DNA of 64,000 nucleotides from Eledone cirrhosa (Eukaryota). This document shows, one piece after another, positions 30,610-43,605 of this stretch. Position 1 is the first letter of the stretch. Every line of letters begins with the position of its first letter. The position numbers and the translations under genes are program-made. The stretch is taken from positions 109,864,001-109,928,000 of the forward strand of contig OZ024742.1 in NCBI GenBank assembly GCA_964016885.1, in the 5' to 3' direction. The notes under the pieces are model-generated. The model worked only from the letters and a program-made list of their open reading frames with translations, made no database searches and had not been told where the DNA came from.

Positions 30610-31090
30610 TATGAATGTATATATAGTGTATTTTGCAATACACTGTATGCTTAATTAAAAGCATTTCGAAGACCTTACGCTATTGTTTTAGAGTAGTGAC
30701 AATCTCACTTACTTTAATTTTCAGCAAACAGGGGAGATAAAGCGGACAGAGCTCTGTTTCGCACTTTTTGGTGCTTATCAAAGCTAACTACTCCTCCTGT
30801 TTGCTGAAAATCATGAATGTTTGATTCTTATAGAATTCTAGTAATAATCAGGAACTGATTAGAATTCTATAAGAATCAAACATTCATTATTTTCAGCAAA
30901 CAGGAGGAGTAGTTAGCTTTGATAAGCACCAAAAAGTGCGAAACAGAGCTCTGTCAGCTTTATCGCCCCGTTTGCTGAAAATTAAAGTAAGTGAGACTGT
31001 CACTACTCTAAAACAACAGCGTAAGGTCTTTGAAATGCTTTTAATTAAGTATACAGTGTGTTGCAAAATACACTATATATACATTCATAT
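30610..31090. mobile_element. Fold-back insert (~230-bp arms, centre ~30850) with two opposed HHRs
   Basis: Reverse-complement arms 30610-30840 and 30860-31090. Confidence 0.88.
30915..30959 (+). ncRNA. Type I HHR, U3-A8 variant (mirror 30741-30785 on -)
   Basis: AGCT-TTGATAA-GCAC caaaaa GTGC-GAAA-CAGAGCTCTG-TC-AGCT. Confidence 0.87.
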
Positions 31091-31143
31091 ATATATATCG
31101 CTATTTCAGAGAACCCAATTCTAATATATATATATATATAATA

Positions 31144-31325
31144 TAGAAAAGGCTTCTACAGGACTGTTTCATTCGGGAGAAATCATCAGGGAGCCCTGAT
31201 GATTTCTGCCGAATGAAACAGTTCTAGTCCTGTAGAAGCCTTTTCTATATTAAATATTTATACTCTGCTTTGTATTGAGTACCTTACTTACTGTGGTTAC
31301 CCCCGATTGACCCCGGGATAAACTT
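31144..31325. mobile_element. Small fold-back insert with HHR core (31196-31236); helix I not resolvable
   Basis: Palindrome centred ~31192; CTGATGA-TTTC tgcc GAAT-GAAA-CAG..CTG-TA. Confidence 0.6.
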
Positions 31326-31676
31326 ATATATATATATAGTAGTACCACCCTACATAAATTCCTCAATTTAAGATTGACCTGTAGTATCGAATTTCATACT
31401 ATAAACCCCAATTGAATATATATCTGACCAGGAATGCTTTTTGTGAAAATCAGTCATATGGAACTATTGTCATCTTGCCTGATGGTTTGAAATTTACAAC
31501 ACCACCTGCCTCTTTGAGGTCAAATACCAACCCTACTAGCATCTACAAACTGACCAATGAGAATTAAGATTATTCCTGCTGACAACATTAAATTATTCTT
31601 AACAAACTCATATGTCCCAAGGCTCTGATACAATCAACACCATAAACACAGAGCTGGCATATCTAAGAACTGACTA

Positions 31677-31732
31677 ACTGCCTGATGAGGTCATAGCCAC
31701 TCAATGGCTATCATCGAAATATATATAGCAGT
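31677..31732 (+). ncRNA. Type I HHR near the 3' end of a (TA)n-flanked insert (31338-31778)
   Basis: ACTGC-CTGATGA-..ATAGCCA ctcaa TGGCTAT..-GAAA-TATATA-TA-GCAGT. Confidence 0.85.
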
Positions 31733-31773
31733 AAATAAAGGATTATGAGTTGATGCAATTGACTTATGTTTCG

Positions 31774-31891
<118 letters not shown>

Positions 31892-32029
31892 TATAGGATC
31901 CGGTAAGACCCCGACGGCTGAGCTCAGCCGTCGGGGTCTTACCGGTTCCTATTACCCACTCTACTACCCCAAGTATTGAGTACTTTGGTGCGTTATGGTC
32001 CACCTGGTTCCTTACCACATTTCCTTCGT

Positions 32030-32093
<64 letters not shown>

Positions 32094-32118
32094 CATATAT
32101 ATATATATATATACATAC

Positions 32119-32169
<51 letters not shown>

Positions 32170-32174
32170 CATAC

Positions 32175-32281
<107 letters not shown>

Positions 32282-32405
32282 CATACATATATATATATAT
32301 AAAGCACAAGTGAAGCCATTTTTTCTTCCCCCCTGTCTTAATATACCTAACTGTACCAAGGATTACACACATTTTCCAATATTCTATCCCCTTGTACAAG
32401 ACAGA

Positions 32406-35400
32406 ATGGCTAACACACATTCAAAATCCTCTACTGAATCCCTCAAATCGGAGACACTACTACAGGAAATATCAGAAAAACTCACCATAATAATAGATAA
32501 ATATGATTCCCTTACGAATGCCGTACAAGAAATGGAACAACAAACACGCAGCTATAGGGAAAAACTTGATTCACTAATTACAGACCGACAAAAACAAGAA
32601 CAAACCTTTTCCCCTGAAATAGCTACACATGAACAGAACTCCATCACCAATAATGCATTCAAAGAATGGAATGAACTGAATCTAGAAAAAGAAGCCTACA
32701 GAAAAAGAAACCAAATGAAAAACATTTGGAACCAACTATTAAATCAAAGAAAACAGGCATACTGGAAAGCCTTGAGGAGTAAAAACCTAGCAGACACATA
32801 CGAAATATGGCGTAGCAAGGAACCAGTTATCCTCCCGAGAAAATTCCGAATTAAAGAAATACCATCGGAATCAAAGGAAAAAACTGCAACAAGACTAAAT
32901 CTAGCACTCCAAACACTTGAGACCGAAATCACCCTACTCCGCCTAAGAGTGCCAAAATTCAAAGAGAAATTTGAAAAATGCGACACCACCATCAAAGAGG
33001 AAATAAACAAAAGAAGCAGCGGCAATGTACGTGAAAAACTCCTTAACCTATGGCAGACAGATACAACTAGAGAGGAGTTAAAATCAAAGAAAATCTCGGA
33101 ATCAAGAACTCAATGGCTTCAAGAATATGAAGATAACTATGGGAAAGACCAAATAAAACCCAGAAAACAAACCCATAGGAAACCCCAGAACTCAGGAAAA
33201 TACAACAACACAAGAAATGAAGCACCCACACACAATAAACCAACAACAACCAGATATCGGGTAACCCCAAACACACAACTACATACAGACCCAATACTCA
33301 ACACCAGAACCAGATACAACCACTGCCATGACACCAAGAACAATTACCGGAGACAAAATCAAAGACACATGAATACTGAACGAAACAACAGAAGAACCAG
33401 ACCCCCATACAGCAACGACCACGCAAGAGTCTATCGCCCAACCAGTGACCGGCATGAAGTTCCGACGGGCCAAAGGTTTCACCACAACAGAAACACCCCT
33501 ATCCCAAATGGCACCCATTTTTTAGGACTAGGGGCCTCGCACCAAATGAAAGAAAAAAAGAAAAAAAGCACCACCTTTCAAGTGGCACCTGACGAGAAAG
33601 AACCAATCGAACCAAAAATAATCAATATATCAGCCAAGAAATTAACACAACCAGAAATACAACTGTTAGAAAATGGACTGAAGTTCACTCCCACTCCGAA
33701 AGCAGATACAGCCGATGTTATAAAAGACACAGAAGAATACTGTCGAAAATTACGCTTAGGAGAATTCTTCCAGGGTGTACAATACGAGGAAGAATCACTG
33801 GTGAAAAACAAAAAGAACTTCACACCCCCGCTAAATAGAGATAAATACCTGGAGGAGTACATAACCTGCCTTCGCCGATCAGCACGTACAAATACGGCCG
33901 AGACGAAACACAAACGCAACATCCCTACAGACCAACTACTAGCATTGAACAAGCTACAAAGGGATTCCTCAATAATAATAAAAGAAGCGGACAAAGGTGG
34001 AGCAATCGTCATCATGGACATAAACCACTACAAAGATATGGTTCTAGCACACTTGAATGACGAAAACTTCTACAGGAAAATCACTAAAAACGAAGAAAGG
34101 AAATCGAGGAACCAAATAGGCAAACTAACAACAAAGTACCAAAACAACCTAACACCAAAAGAAGTAGATTACCTAACCAACTTCGAAATGAAAACCAGCA
34201 ATTTCTATGGATTACCAAAAATTCACAAATCCATAGAAATCCAAAACAACATAAAAGGGAAAAATACATCATACATCGAAGCACCAAAACCGACAGACTT
34301 AAAATTACGCCCCATTATTGCTGGCCCAGCCTCAAGCACACAACGTCTAAGCAACCTATTAGACATCATACTCAAACCCCTATGTAAAAAAGTTCCAAGC
34401 TACATCAGAGATGATATGGAATTCCTTAACTATATCCCCCAAAAAGTACACCAGGATACAATCCTAGTCAGTTTTGATGTAATAAGCCTGTACACTAACA
34501 TCCCACACGACCTAGGGATTGAAGCTGTGGACTTCTGGATTACAAAACACTCAAGTCACATTTCAGAAAGATTCCCCAAAGAATTCATCTTGGAAGGACT
34601 TAAATTAGTATTGGAAAACAACCACTTCCTCTTTGACAACGAACTTTATCTACAAATAAAAGGAACAGCCATGGGTACCAAAGTGGCCCCTACATATGCA
34701 ACGCTCGTTATGGGTCACTTAGAGGCAAAATTATATTCCCAACTACAGATAACATTCAGTCACGACTTCGCCTTCTACATTAATAAAAACTGGAAACGTT
34801 ACCTAGATGACTGCTTCATCTTCTGGAACAGAAGCCAAACAGACCTACAAAAATTTTATTCGATCTTAAACAGGCTTCATGAAGCTATACAATTCACTAT
34901 GGAATGTAACGAAAAGGAACTGCCCTTTCTAGATATCCTCATCATTAAAGAAGGGGGAAATATCATAACGGACCTATTTTGCAAACCCACTGACACACAC
35001 CAATACTTAAATTTCCGGTCAGCACACCCCTCGCATACGAAAAGGAACATTCCCTTCAACATGGCAAGGCGCATCTGCACTATAGCAACACACCCCGTAC
35101 TACAAGAAAAAAGATTATGTATCATGAAAAACTTCCTTAAAAAACAAGAATACCCGATGAAACTCATCAACGCAGCCATCTCCAAGGCTAAGAACATCCC
35201 AATAACAACACTGAGAAAACCAAACCCACAACATAAAAAAGAAAACCCTGCTATCTCTTTTGTCATCACTCACAACCCAGGGAACGTCAACATTGTAAAC
35301 ACTGTTAAGCAGTATCTCCCGATTCTACAGCAATCTACCAAAATGAATGCGCTCTTAAAAAACACACAGATAATTTATAGCAGACGCCAAGCACCCAACC

Positions 35401-35849
35401 TTAAAAAACTAATTACCAAGGCAAAATTTACGACCAACATGGAATCAATGCAAGTGACGAAATGCGGGGACCCTAGATGTGGAACCTGTGAACTCATCGA
35501 AGAGGGCAAACAGTTGTCCTTCAAAAACCATGATAATTTCAAGGTCAATGCAAACATGAACTGCAAAACGAAAAACCTAATATATTGCGCAACATGTCCA
35601 CAGTGTAAAGAGTATTACATTGGGGAAACCGGAACGGGACTACATGATAGAGTCCGGGTACATAAACAACACATTAAAGACCCCACAGTCAGAAATACCA
35701 CATGTAGCGCACACTTTGCATCATGCGGGAAGGGAAAATTCACAATCTTCCCTTTCTTCAAGATATGGTCGGATAACGAACATTTCCGCAGATATAAAGA
35801 AGAATTCTTCATTGAAAAATTTAAACCACTACTGAACACGAAAAATTGA
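32406..35849 (+). CDS. PLE polyprotein, 1147 aa: N-terminal coiled-coil-like region + RT + Cys linker + GIY-YIG endonuclease (Neptune-like)
   Basis: Uninterrupted ORF from ATG 32406; [87 protein letters not shown]. Confidence 0.95.
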   Translation: MANTHSKSSTESLKSETLLQEISEKLTIIIDKYDSLTNAVQEMEQQTRSYREKLDSLITDRQKQEQTFSPEIATHEQNSITNNAFKEWNELNLEKEAYRKRNQMKNIWNQLLNQRKQAYWKALRSKNLADTYEIWRSKEPVILPRKFRIKEIPSESKEKTATRLNLALQTLETEITLLRLRVPKFKEKFEKCDTTIKEEINKRSSGNVREKLLNLWQTDTTREELKSKKISESRTQWLQEYEDNYGKDQIKPRKQTHRKPQNSGKYNNTRNEAPTHNKPTTTRYRVTPNTQLHTDPILNTRTRYNHCHDTKNNYRRQNQRHMNTERNNRRTRPPYSNDHARVYRPTSDRHEVPTGQRFHHNRNTPIPNGTHFLGLGASHQMKEKKKKSTTFQVAPDEKEPIEPKIINISAKKLTQPEIQLLENGLKFTPTPKADTADVIKDTEEYCRKLRLGEFFQGVQYEEESLVKNKKNFTPPLNRDKYLEEYITCLRRSARTNTAETKHKRNIPTDQLLALNKLQRDSSIIIKEADKGGAIVIMDINHYKDMVLAHLNDENFYRKITKNEERKSRNQIGKLTTKYQNNLTPKEVDYLTNFEMKTSNFYGLPKIHKSIEIQNNIKGKNTSYIEAPKPTDLKLRPIIAGPASSTQRLSNLLDIILKPLCKKVPSYIRDDMEFLNYIPQKVHQDTILVSFDVISLYTNIPHDLGIEAVDFWITKHSSHISERFPKEFILEGLKLVLENNHFLFDNELYLQIKGTAMGTKVAPTYATLVMGHLEAKLYSQLQITFSHDFAFYINKNWKRYLDDCFIFWNRSQTDLQKFYSILNRLHEAIQFTMECNEKELPFLDILIIKEGGNIITDLFCKPTDTHQYLNFRSAHPSHTKRNIPFNMARRICTIATHPVLQEKRLCIMKNFLKKQEYPMKLINAAISKAKNIPITTLRKPNPQHKKENPAISFVITHNPGNVNIVNTVKQYLPILQQSTKMNALLKNTQIIYSRRQAPNLKKLITKAKFTTNMESMQVTKCGDPRCGTCELIEEGKQLSFKNHDNFKVNANMNCKTKNLIYCATCPQCKEYYIGETGTGLHDRVRVHKQHIKDPTVRNTTCSAHFASCGKGKFTIFPFFKIWSDNEHFRRYKEEFFIEKFKPLLNTKN

Positions 35850-35923
35850 ATTAACACTCGGAGGTAAAATTCCATTTCACTAACACCCCCCCCTTCTTAT
35901 GTGTACACATGAATATATGTATG

Positions 35924-35996
<73 letters not shown>

Positions 35997-36052
35997 ATAT
36001 GTATGTGTATGTATGTGTGTATGTATGTGTTTGTATGTGTATGTGTATGTGT

Positions 36053-36099
<47 letters not shown>

Positions 36100-36101
36100 T
36101 A

Positions 36102-36141
<40 letters not shown>

Positions 36142-36236
36142 TATATATGTGTGTGTATATATATGTATATGTGTGTATGTGTCTGTATGTGTTGATGTGT
36201 ATATATATATATATATATATGTATGTGTCTGTATGC

Positions 36237-36297
<61 letters not shown>

Positions 36298-37008
36298 TGT
36301 GTATGTGTGTGTGTGTATGCATGTATGTGTGAACGGATGTATATATACGGACATATGTATGTGTGTGTGTGTGTGTGTATGTGTGTGTATGTGTGTGTGT
36401 ATGTGTATATATGTATATTTAGTTATGTATCTTTATGTGTGTATATATATGTATATGTATGTATATATATATACCCATGTGGAGGTATGAGTACATATTC
36501 GTGTGTGTACGTATGTGTATATGAGTTTTTATGTGTCTTTATATGTTTTTATGTATGTATGTAGATGTATATGTACATGGGTGTGTGATTGATGGTGTGT
36601 GCCTATATATTCCTACATATGCCCGTGTGTGTATGTACGTATATACGCACATATGTGTGTGTTGAACAAAGGACTAATTTTGGGATGGACGTAGAAAAAT
36701 TCTTCAGAAAAAAATAATTGTTTACAAGCTTGGCAGGTGCGGTTTGCCTATGACCATTTTCTAATACAAAGGAATACTAAAAGCTTTTTCCCCTGAATAA
36801 AGGAATTTTTTCGAGAATGACCGGGGCAGGCCGCGCTTGCTACATTTCTCCCCACCCAACCCTACTCACTGTCTCAACTCATTACTGCTATTAACATTTT
36901 TTCAACACACCTACACCCATACACTTATTAAAGGGGGAGAAAAAAAACCCACCGCACCACAGACATGTTAAATCCCTATATATAGAACAACACACCACAT
37001 ACACATCA

Positions 37009-37094
37009 GTTTGACAAGCGCACCTCAGCGTGAAAGGTCTTTCTAAAAACGAAACAATACCTCCTACGTTAACCAAGAACTCCTAAGACCTAAC
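37009..37094 (+). ncRNA. Candidate U3-A8 HHR in the PLE 3' region (weak helix I)
   Basis: TTGACAA-GCGC acctca GCGT-GAAA-GGTCTT...AAGACC-TA; only 2 bp of helix I are evident. Confidence 0.55.
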
Positions 37095-37272
37095 CAACAA
37101 CCAACGACTCAATTTATTAAAAAAAATTTTTTTTTTTTTTTCTAATCCGGAAAAAAATTATTTTTGGATTTTGTGAAGAAAATAAATTTGTTGAAAGCAC
37201 AAGTGAAGCCATTTTTTCTTCCCCCCTGTCTTAATATACCTAACTGTACCAAGGATTACACACATTTTCCAA

Positions 37273-37464
<192 letters not shown>

Positions 37465-37501
37465 CATACATATATATACATACATACATACATATACATA
37501 C

Positions 37502-38245
<744 letters not shown>

Positions 38246-38284
38246 CATATATATATATATATATACATACATATATATATATAT

Positions 38285-38317
<33 letters not shown>

Positions 38318-38348
38318 CATACATATATATATATATATATACATACAT

Positions 38349-38510
38349 AGGCATAGGTTAAGTTTAACGTCCTCGAAAATAAAACTAGGTTTTCTGACAA
38401 GTGAATGTGTTTTTCTTTTTTTTTTTTTACAATGAAATTTACGATACACTCTTTGTTTATTTTCAGAAAACCTAGTTTCATTTTCGAGGACGTTAAACTT
38501 AACCTATGCC
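38349..38510. repeat. Small fold-back element (sister at 57518-57605)
   Basis: GGCATAGGTTAAGTTTAACGTCCTCGAAAAT...ATTTTCGAGGACGTTAAACTTAACCTATGCC. Confidence 0.8.
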
Positions 38511-39163
38511 ACAATTGTTTACAGATGCTATACAAAATGCTACACCTCAAGTTGTATTATATTAAAATAAAGTACCAGTAATTGCTGGCCTTGTGCCAAA
38601 AAGTAGAAACAATTATATTCTTTAATGTCATGAGAAACTGAATATTATAATGAAATATACCTGAGATTGAGATTTTGATGGATAAATACCATGGTACAAG
38701 TTTGCCTTCACCCCTCCATAATTAAAAAAGAAGTTACATGGACATGCCTGTATATTCTTGGGTGGTATTATATATGCAAGGATCTGAGTTCAAATCCCGC
38801 CGAGGTTAACTTTGCCTTTCATCCTTACGGGGTCGATAAAATAAAGTACCAGTAATGTACTGGATAATTGATGGTCTTGTGCCAAAAGTAGAAACAATAT
38901 ATATGCAAGGATAAGAGTTGTAGATTGGCAGAATCGTTAGAGCATTGGACAAAATGCTTTTGCAGTGTTTGTTCCAAGTCTGAGTTCAAATCCTGCCGAG
39001 GTCATTTTTCATCTTTCCGGAGTCGATAAAATAAAGTATAGGAGTCTATACAATCGACTTTTCTCTCCCCACAAATTGCTGGCCTTCAGCTTAAATTATC
39101 AATCGATCTACATAAGGATGTAATTTATTCCATTTTTTTAGCTTCAGAAACAAGAGTGGTAGT

Positions 39164-39354
39164 ATACGGCTGAAAAGTTCATATGCTGAGCAAGATATTC
39201 TCATGGAATGACCAGATGAGTTTTATTTTTCAACATAGTACCTGAAAAGAAACAATGCAGTTATTAATAAGAATTAATACGTGCAAGATTTCATAGCTCT
39301 AGTATCACTCCTTCAAAGTCAGCTAGGCTATGAACTATCCTGCCAACCCTCGTA
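39164..39354. mobile_element. Mariner-like non-autonomous remnant
   Basis: Imperfect TIRs GGCTGAAAAGTTCATA.GCT / AGGCTATGAACT...GCCAACCCTCG-TA. Confidence 0.55.
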
Positions 39355-40207
39355 CTCAAGTCGTATAAGACACAAATCAATACGGTGAATACCTTATTTG
39401 CTACCAGCATTACACGGGCGATTAAATAAATAAATAATAACACATTACGAATGCTATTTCTCAATTACAGAATGCTATTTCTCAATTACGAATGCTATTT
39501 CTCAATTACAGAATTGTTTACCATTCTTGGGCAGATATTTATCGCAACTGGCAGCAGAATAAAAACATTTCTAATGGTGTGAGGTGGGACATGATGGTGG
39601 TGGTAATGTTGAGTAGTAGACTAGAGCCATTCCCAGTGGTCTGAGATGGGATTTAGTGGTGGGAATGCTAGGCAACATTCCCAGTGGTCTGAGATAGGAT
39701 GTGGTGATGGTAATGCTGGGCAACTTTCCCAGTGGTGTGAGGTGGGATGTGGTGGTAGTATTGGTGGACAACATTCGCAGTGGTGTGGTGGTGTAATGCT
39801 AGGCAATATATCCAACAAGTGAAATAAATCAGATTGTTATACGTGTGTGTATGAATATGTATGAATATATTGGACGTATCTCTGCTTATGTTTGTATCCA
39901 TATATATTATCTATTTGGCCATATATCTATTTGTGTGTGTATGAATATGTATAGATATATCTGGCGTGTGTGCATGTGTTAAGGTTTATGTTTATCTGCA
40001 TGCGTGTGTGTATATATACATATTGTTATGTGTGAATACGGAGACCAAAAATGGACAGTCGTAGGTGGGGTTGCCAGTTTAGTCGCCAACTACCCGAACA
40101 TGAGACAGGTTGTACTGGGATACATGTTACCAGTAGCAGCAACTGGTGACCTGACATACCTGACATCTATATGTATATATATATATATATACATACACAC
40201 ATATATG

Positions 40208-40307
<100 letters not shown>

Positions 40308-41395
40308 ATTTTTTATCTGTTTGTCCCGAATCTTCTATTATCGATTTTTTATCGTATGGTTGATTGTAGACTTGTTCTATATGTGACGGTATTTTAACGA
40401 TAGTTATAGCTCTGATTCATCTGAATTATTGAGCCCTCTGCCGCTCATTTCGAATTTTGTTTATCGTGAACTCGTGCGCCGATTTTTCGATACTCGATCT
40501 TTCTAATATATATATATATATATATACTCTGTTTTGTTTATGGGCTAGGACAATCGGGCTGTATGTATATTTACATATACATACAGCTGATAGACCTAAC
40601 ATATTTATTTAATGTGCGTGTGTGTGTCAGTATGTGTACATGTCACTGTATAGAGTTAAGTTCTTACATATAGTCATGTGTGAATAATGAGCAAATATGC
40701 ACAAAGGCAAGCCGGTGTATTCAGTGATACGACAATTTCGTTCTATTTAGATATATTAAGTGAAGTCAAGTGGCTTAATGATTGGGGTGTTTGGCTCACG
40801 ATTATAAGGTCGTGAGTTCGATTACTGTCAGTGGGTTATGTCCTTCAACAAGACACTATATTTCACGTTGTTCCAGTTCACTCAACTGGAAAAAGAAATG
40901 AGTTGTACCTATAATTTAAAGAGTTTGTCTTGTAACACTGTATCGCGCTGAATGTCACGGCGTTAGTTTCACAAGCAGGTTGTTTAGTTGTTCGTACAAC
41001 TGGAACACACATCGTCGGAACCAACTGATGTTCATTCCATGTATATATATATTCCTGTATATCCTGTATATATCCTGTACTAGCAGTTTAGCCCGGCGTT
41101 GCTCGGGTTTGTTCATTTGCTATGAAAAGTTACATACAGGTAAACGTGGTTTGAAAGCGAATAAGCTTATCAATTAAGTGCATAAAGCAGTTGAACCGGT
41201 TATTAAAAGTTACGAACCAATTAGCATTTTGGTCAATCAATGATGGGTTAATAATCTTTCAATAGCGAATTTAGTATACCGGGAATTGTGATCGCCGGAA
41301 ATCGAACGGGATATCTGACGCCGAGGGGAAAAGGTTTATCCTTGGAATGAAAACATTCTCCCCTCTTCCGCACCCCGTTACAATGGTGGCCTCAA

Positions 41396-42336
41396 TTAAG
41401 TGGGTGTCAGTGACTTGACGACCATGCGAGTACCGTTGCACTGCTTTGGTGGACGCAAGTTCCTTATTAGCATAATGGGACAGCCAACCCTAAGCTTAAT
41501 AATGTGAGGTGGGAGCCCTGGGGGCTCAAGGAGATTTAATAACTCAACCAGATAATTAACGATATCGTCGGGGTCTGATTTGAAGATGTGCTCTTTACCG
41601 GGAATCTTCTCAATCAGCTGCTCGTTAATAAAATTAACCATGGTATTTTTCGGAGCAAGGATGGCTCTTTCACTGAGCCAATCGAGGTTTTTAAAGTTAG
41701 ATGAGACATTAGGAAAAACTGCTTCCCAAAGGTCAGAAGGGCTGCTCACAATGTTGCACAGGGTGTCGATTGCTATGCCGCCCTTGTCATCTGCAGGGAT
41801 CTTGCTCTCACCAAGTGCTAAAATGTTCTGTGCTGCAGACATGTTGTCACCATGCAAATGAGCACGCATATTTGTGCTCAGGTACAAACTATTCACCTGG
41901 AGCCACAACATGGACGACTTAAGACAGGCATGCACTTCATCAGCTCTTGTCCATTTGGGGATGACAGGCAGCGTTTTCGGAAAATCCCCTGATAGCAGAA
42001 GGGTTACGCCACCCATAGGAGCCGTAGAATCCCTAATGTCTTTCCGGGCCTTGTCCAATGCCTCAAGGGCACCCTTGTGTTCCATTGTGCACTCATCCCA
42101 AACAATGAGGCAACATATTTTGAGAACCATAGCTTTGTGTGAACTCTTGCTGATATTGCATGTTGGTGTCTCAGTTTTTACTAAATCCAAAGGGAGTTTA
42201 AAGGTTGAATGTGCTGTGCTGCCTCCCGGCAGCAAAGTAGCAGCGATCCCGGACGATGCAACGGACAACGCAACTTTTTTCTCTTGACGAATCTTAGCGA
42301 GAATCAAATTCGTTACAAAAGTTTTTCCGGTACCCC
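41396..42336 (-). pseudogene. Helitron Pif1-family (SF1B) helicase fragment
   Basis: GGTGKTF Walker A, ASSGIAATLLPGG.TAHS.FK, IVWDE, GDF..LPV, RAILAP.N, LIRNL...CNGTR. Confidence 0.93.
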
Positions 42337-42509
42337 CATGATCGTTTTTTATTGGGGGATCAGGGTTATTTTTTTTTTTACCTTGAGGTATAACCAGTCA
42401 GTAGTTCCTTCAAAGGCTCTGGCGGTTCCATAAGAGGGGGTAAGGTGACCTTACCGTTTAAGCAGCACATTGCAGGTGGCTCCCCAGCCCACTTTGTAGC
42501 ATTGCAGAA

Positions 42510-43106
42510 TTAGCAATTGAAGCGCATCTCGCCTATATTTATGTCAGAGCACATCGAGTAATTAACGTTTTGCTCATACTTGAAAGCCCGTAGTTGCCAG
42601 TAAGGGCTGTTGGGGCTCGTCACACCGCGTGCAGCTTCTCGCCGTCGACTGTTACGCTTGAACGTAGAACATTGGTCGTGTGGTTGGTGAGAAGGTCTTG
42701 CAGCAATAGCAGAAGCAACATTTGCAATGCTAATCGACCGCCCGTCTGCATCTTCAGAAGCCATGGAAGTAGTCATAGCCGCAGCGTTCGTAGGAAGGCG
42801 AGCCGTCCGTTGTTTTAAACGTTCCAAAGACCTGGAAGCAGCATTAGTCGCATCGTTTCTAGCCAGGCGCTTCGACCTTTGTTCACGGCTCGCTGAAGCC
42901 CTGGAAGAAGCCTGGTATGATGCCATTTTGGCTAGGCGTGCGGTGCGCTGTTGGAAACTTTCAGCGGCTCGACATTCTGCTGAACATAAGGCTGTCTGTG
43001 AAAGTCTTGAAGCATTTTCCTCAGAGGACTCGTTTGCTATAGTAGCCTTTTGCGCCACTGCTGACGCGGTATGTCGACTGAGGCGACTTCTCTTTTTAGG
43101 TGGCAT
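42510..43106 (-). pseudogene. Helitron RepHel N-terminal Arg/Ala-rich repeat region, ending at the start of the Zn finger
   Basis: MPPKKRSRL start, RAAES..QR..RL repeats, AF.Y......IGEM..C. Confidence 0.75.
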
Positions 43107-43573
43107 TTTATGTCCAAAAGAAAGGGTGAAAGTTACTTCTACAGAAAAATTGACTTTGAAAGTCTACTGTCTGTTTATGAATATTGTTATTGTTGTTGTG
43201 ATACAAATGTTAGTAAGTAAATGGGTATCGAAAAATAAAGGGTGAAAGTTACTTCAACATAAAAATTGACTTTGAAAGTATAAGGCTGATAATTGAATGT
43301 AAAAAGATTGATAAGAAAGGCCTCCAAAATTTTTTTACAGGTATTTGTATGTATGTGTGTATTTTTATGTCGAAAAGAAAGGGTTAAAGTTACTTCTACA
43401 GAAAAATTTAGTTTGAAAGTGTAAGGCCGATGTGTGTGTAAATTAAGTGACAGGTATTTGTATGTATGTGTGTATATGTATGTATGTATGTGTGTATGAA
43501 AGTGTAAGGCCGATGTGTGTGTAAATTAAGTGACAGGTATTTGTATGTATGTGTGTATATGTATGTATGTGTG

Positions 43574-43605
<32 letters not shown>

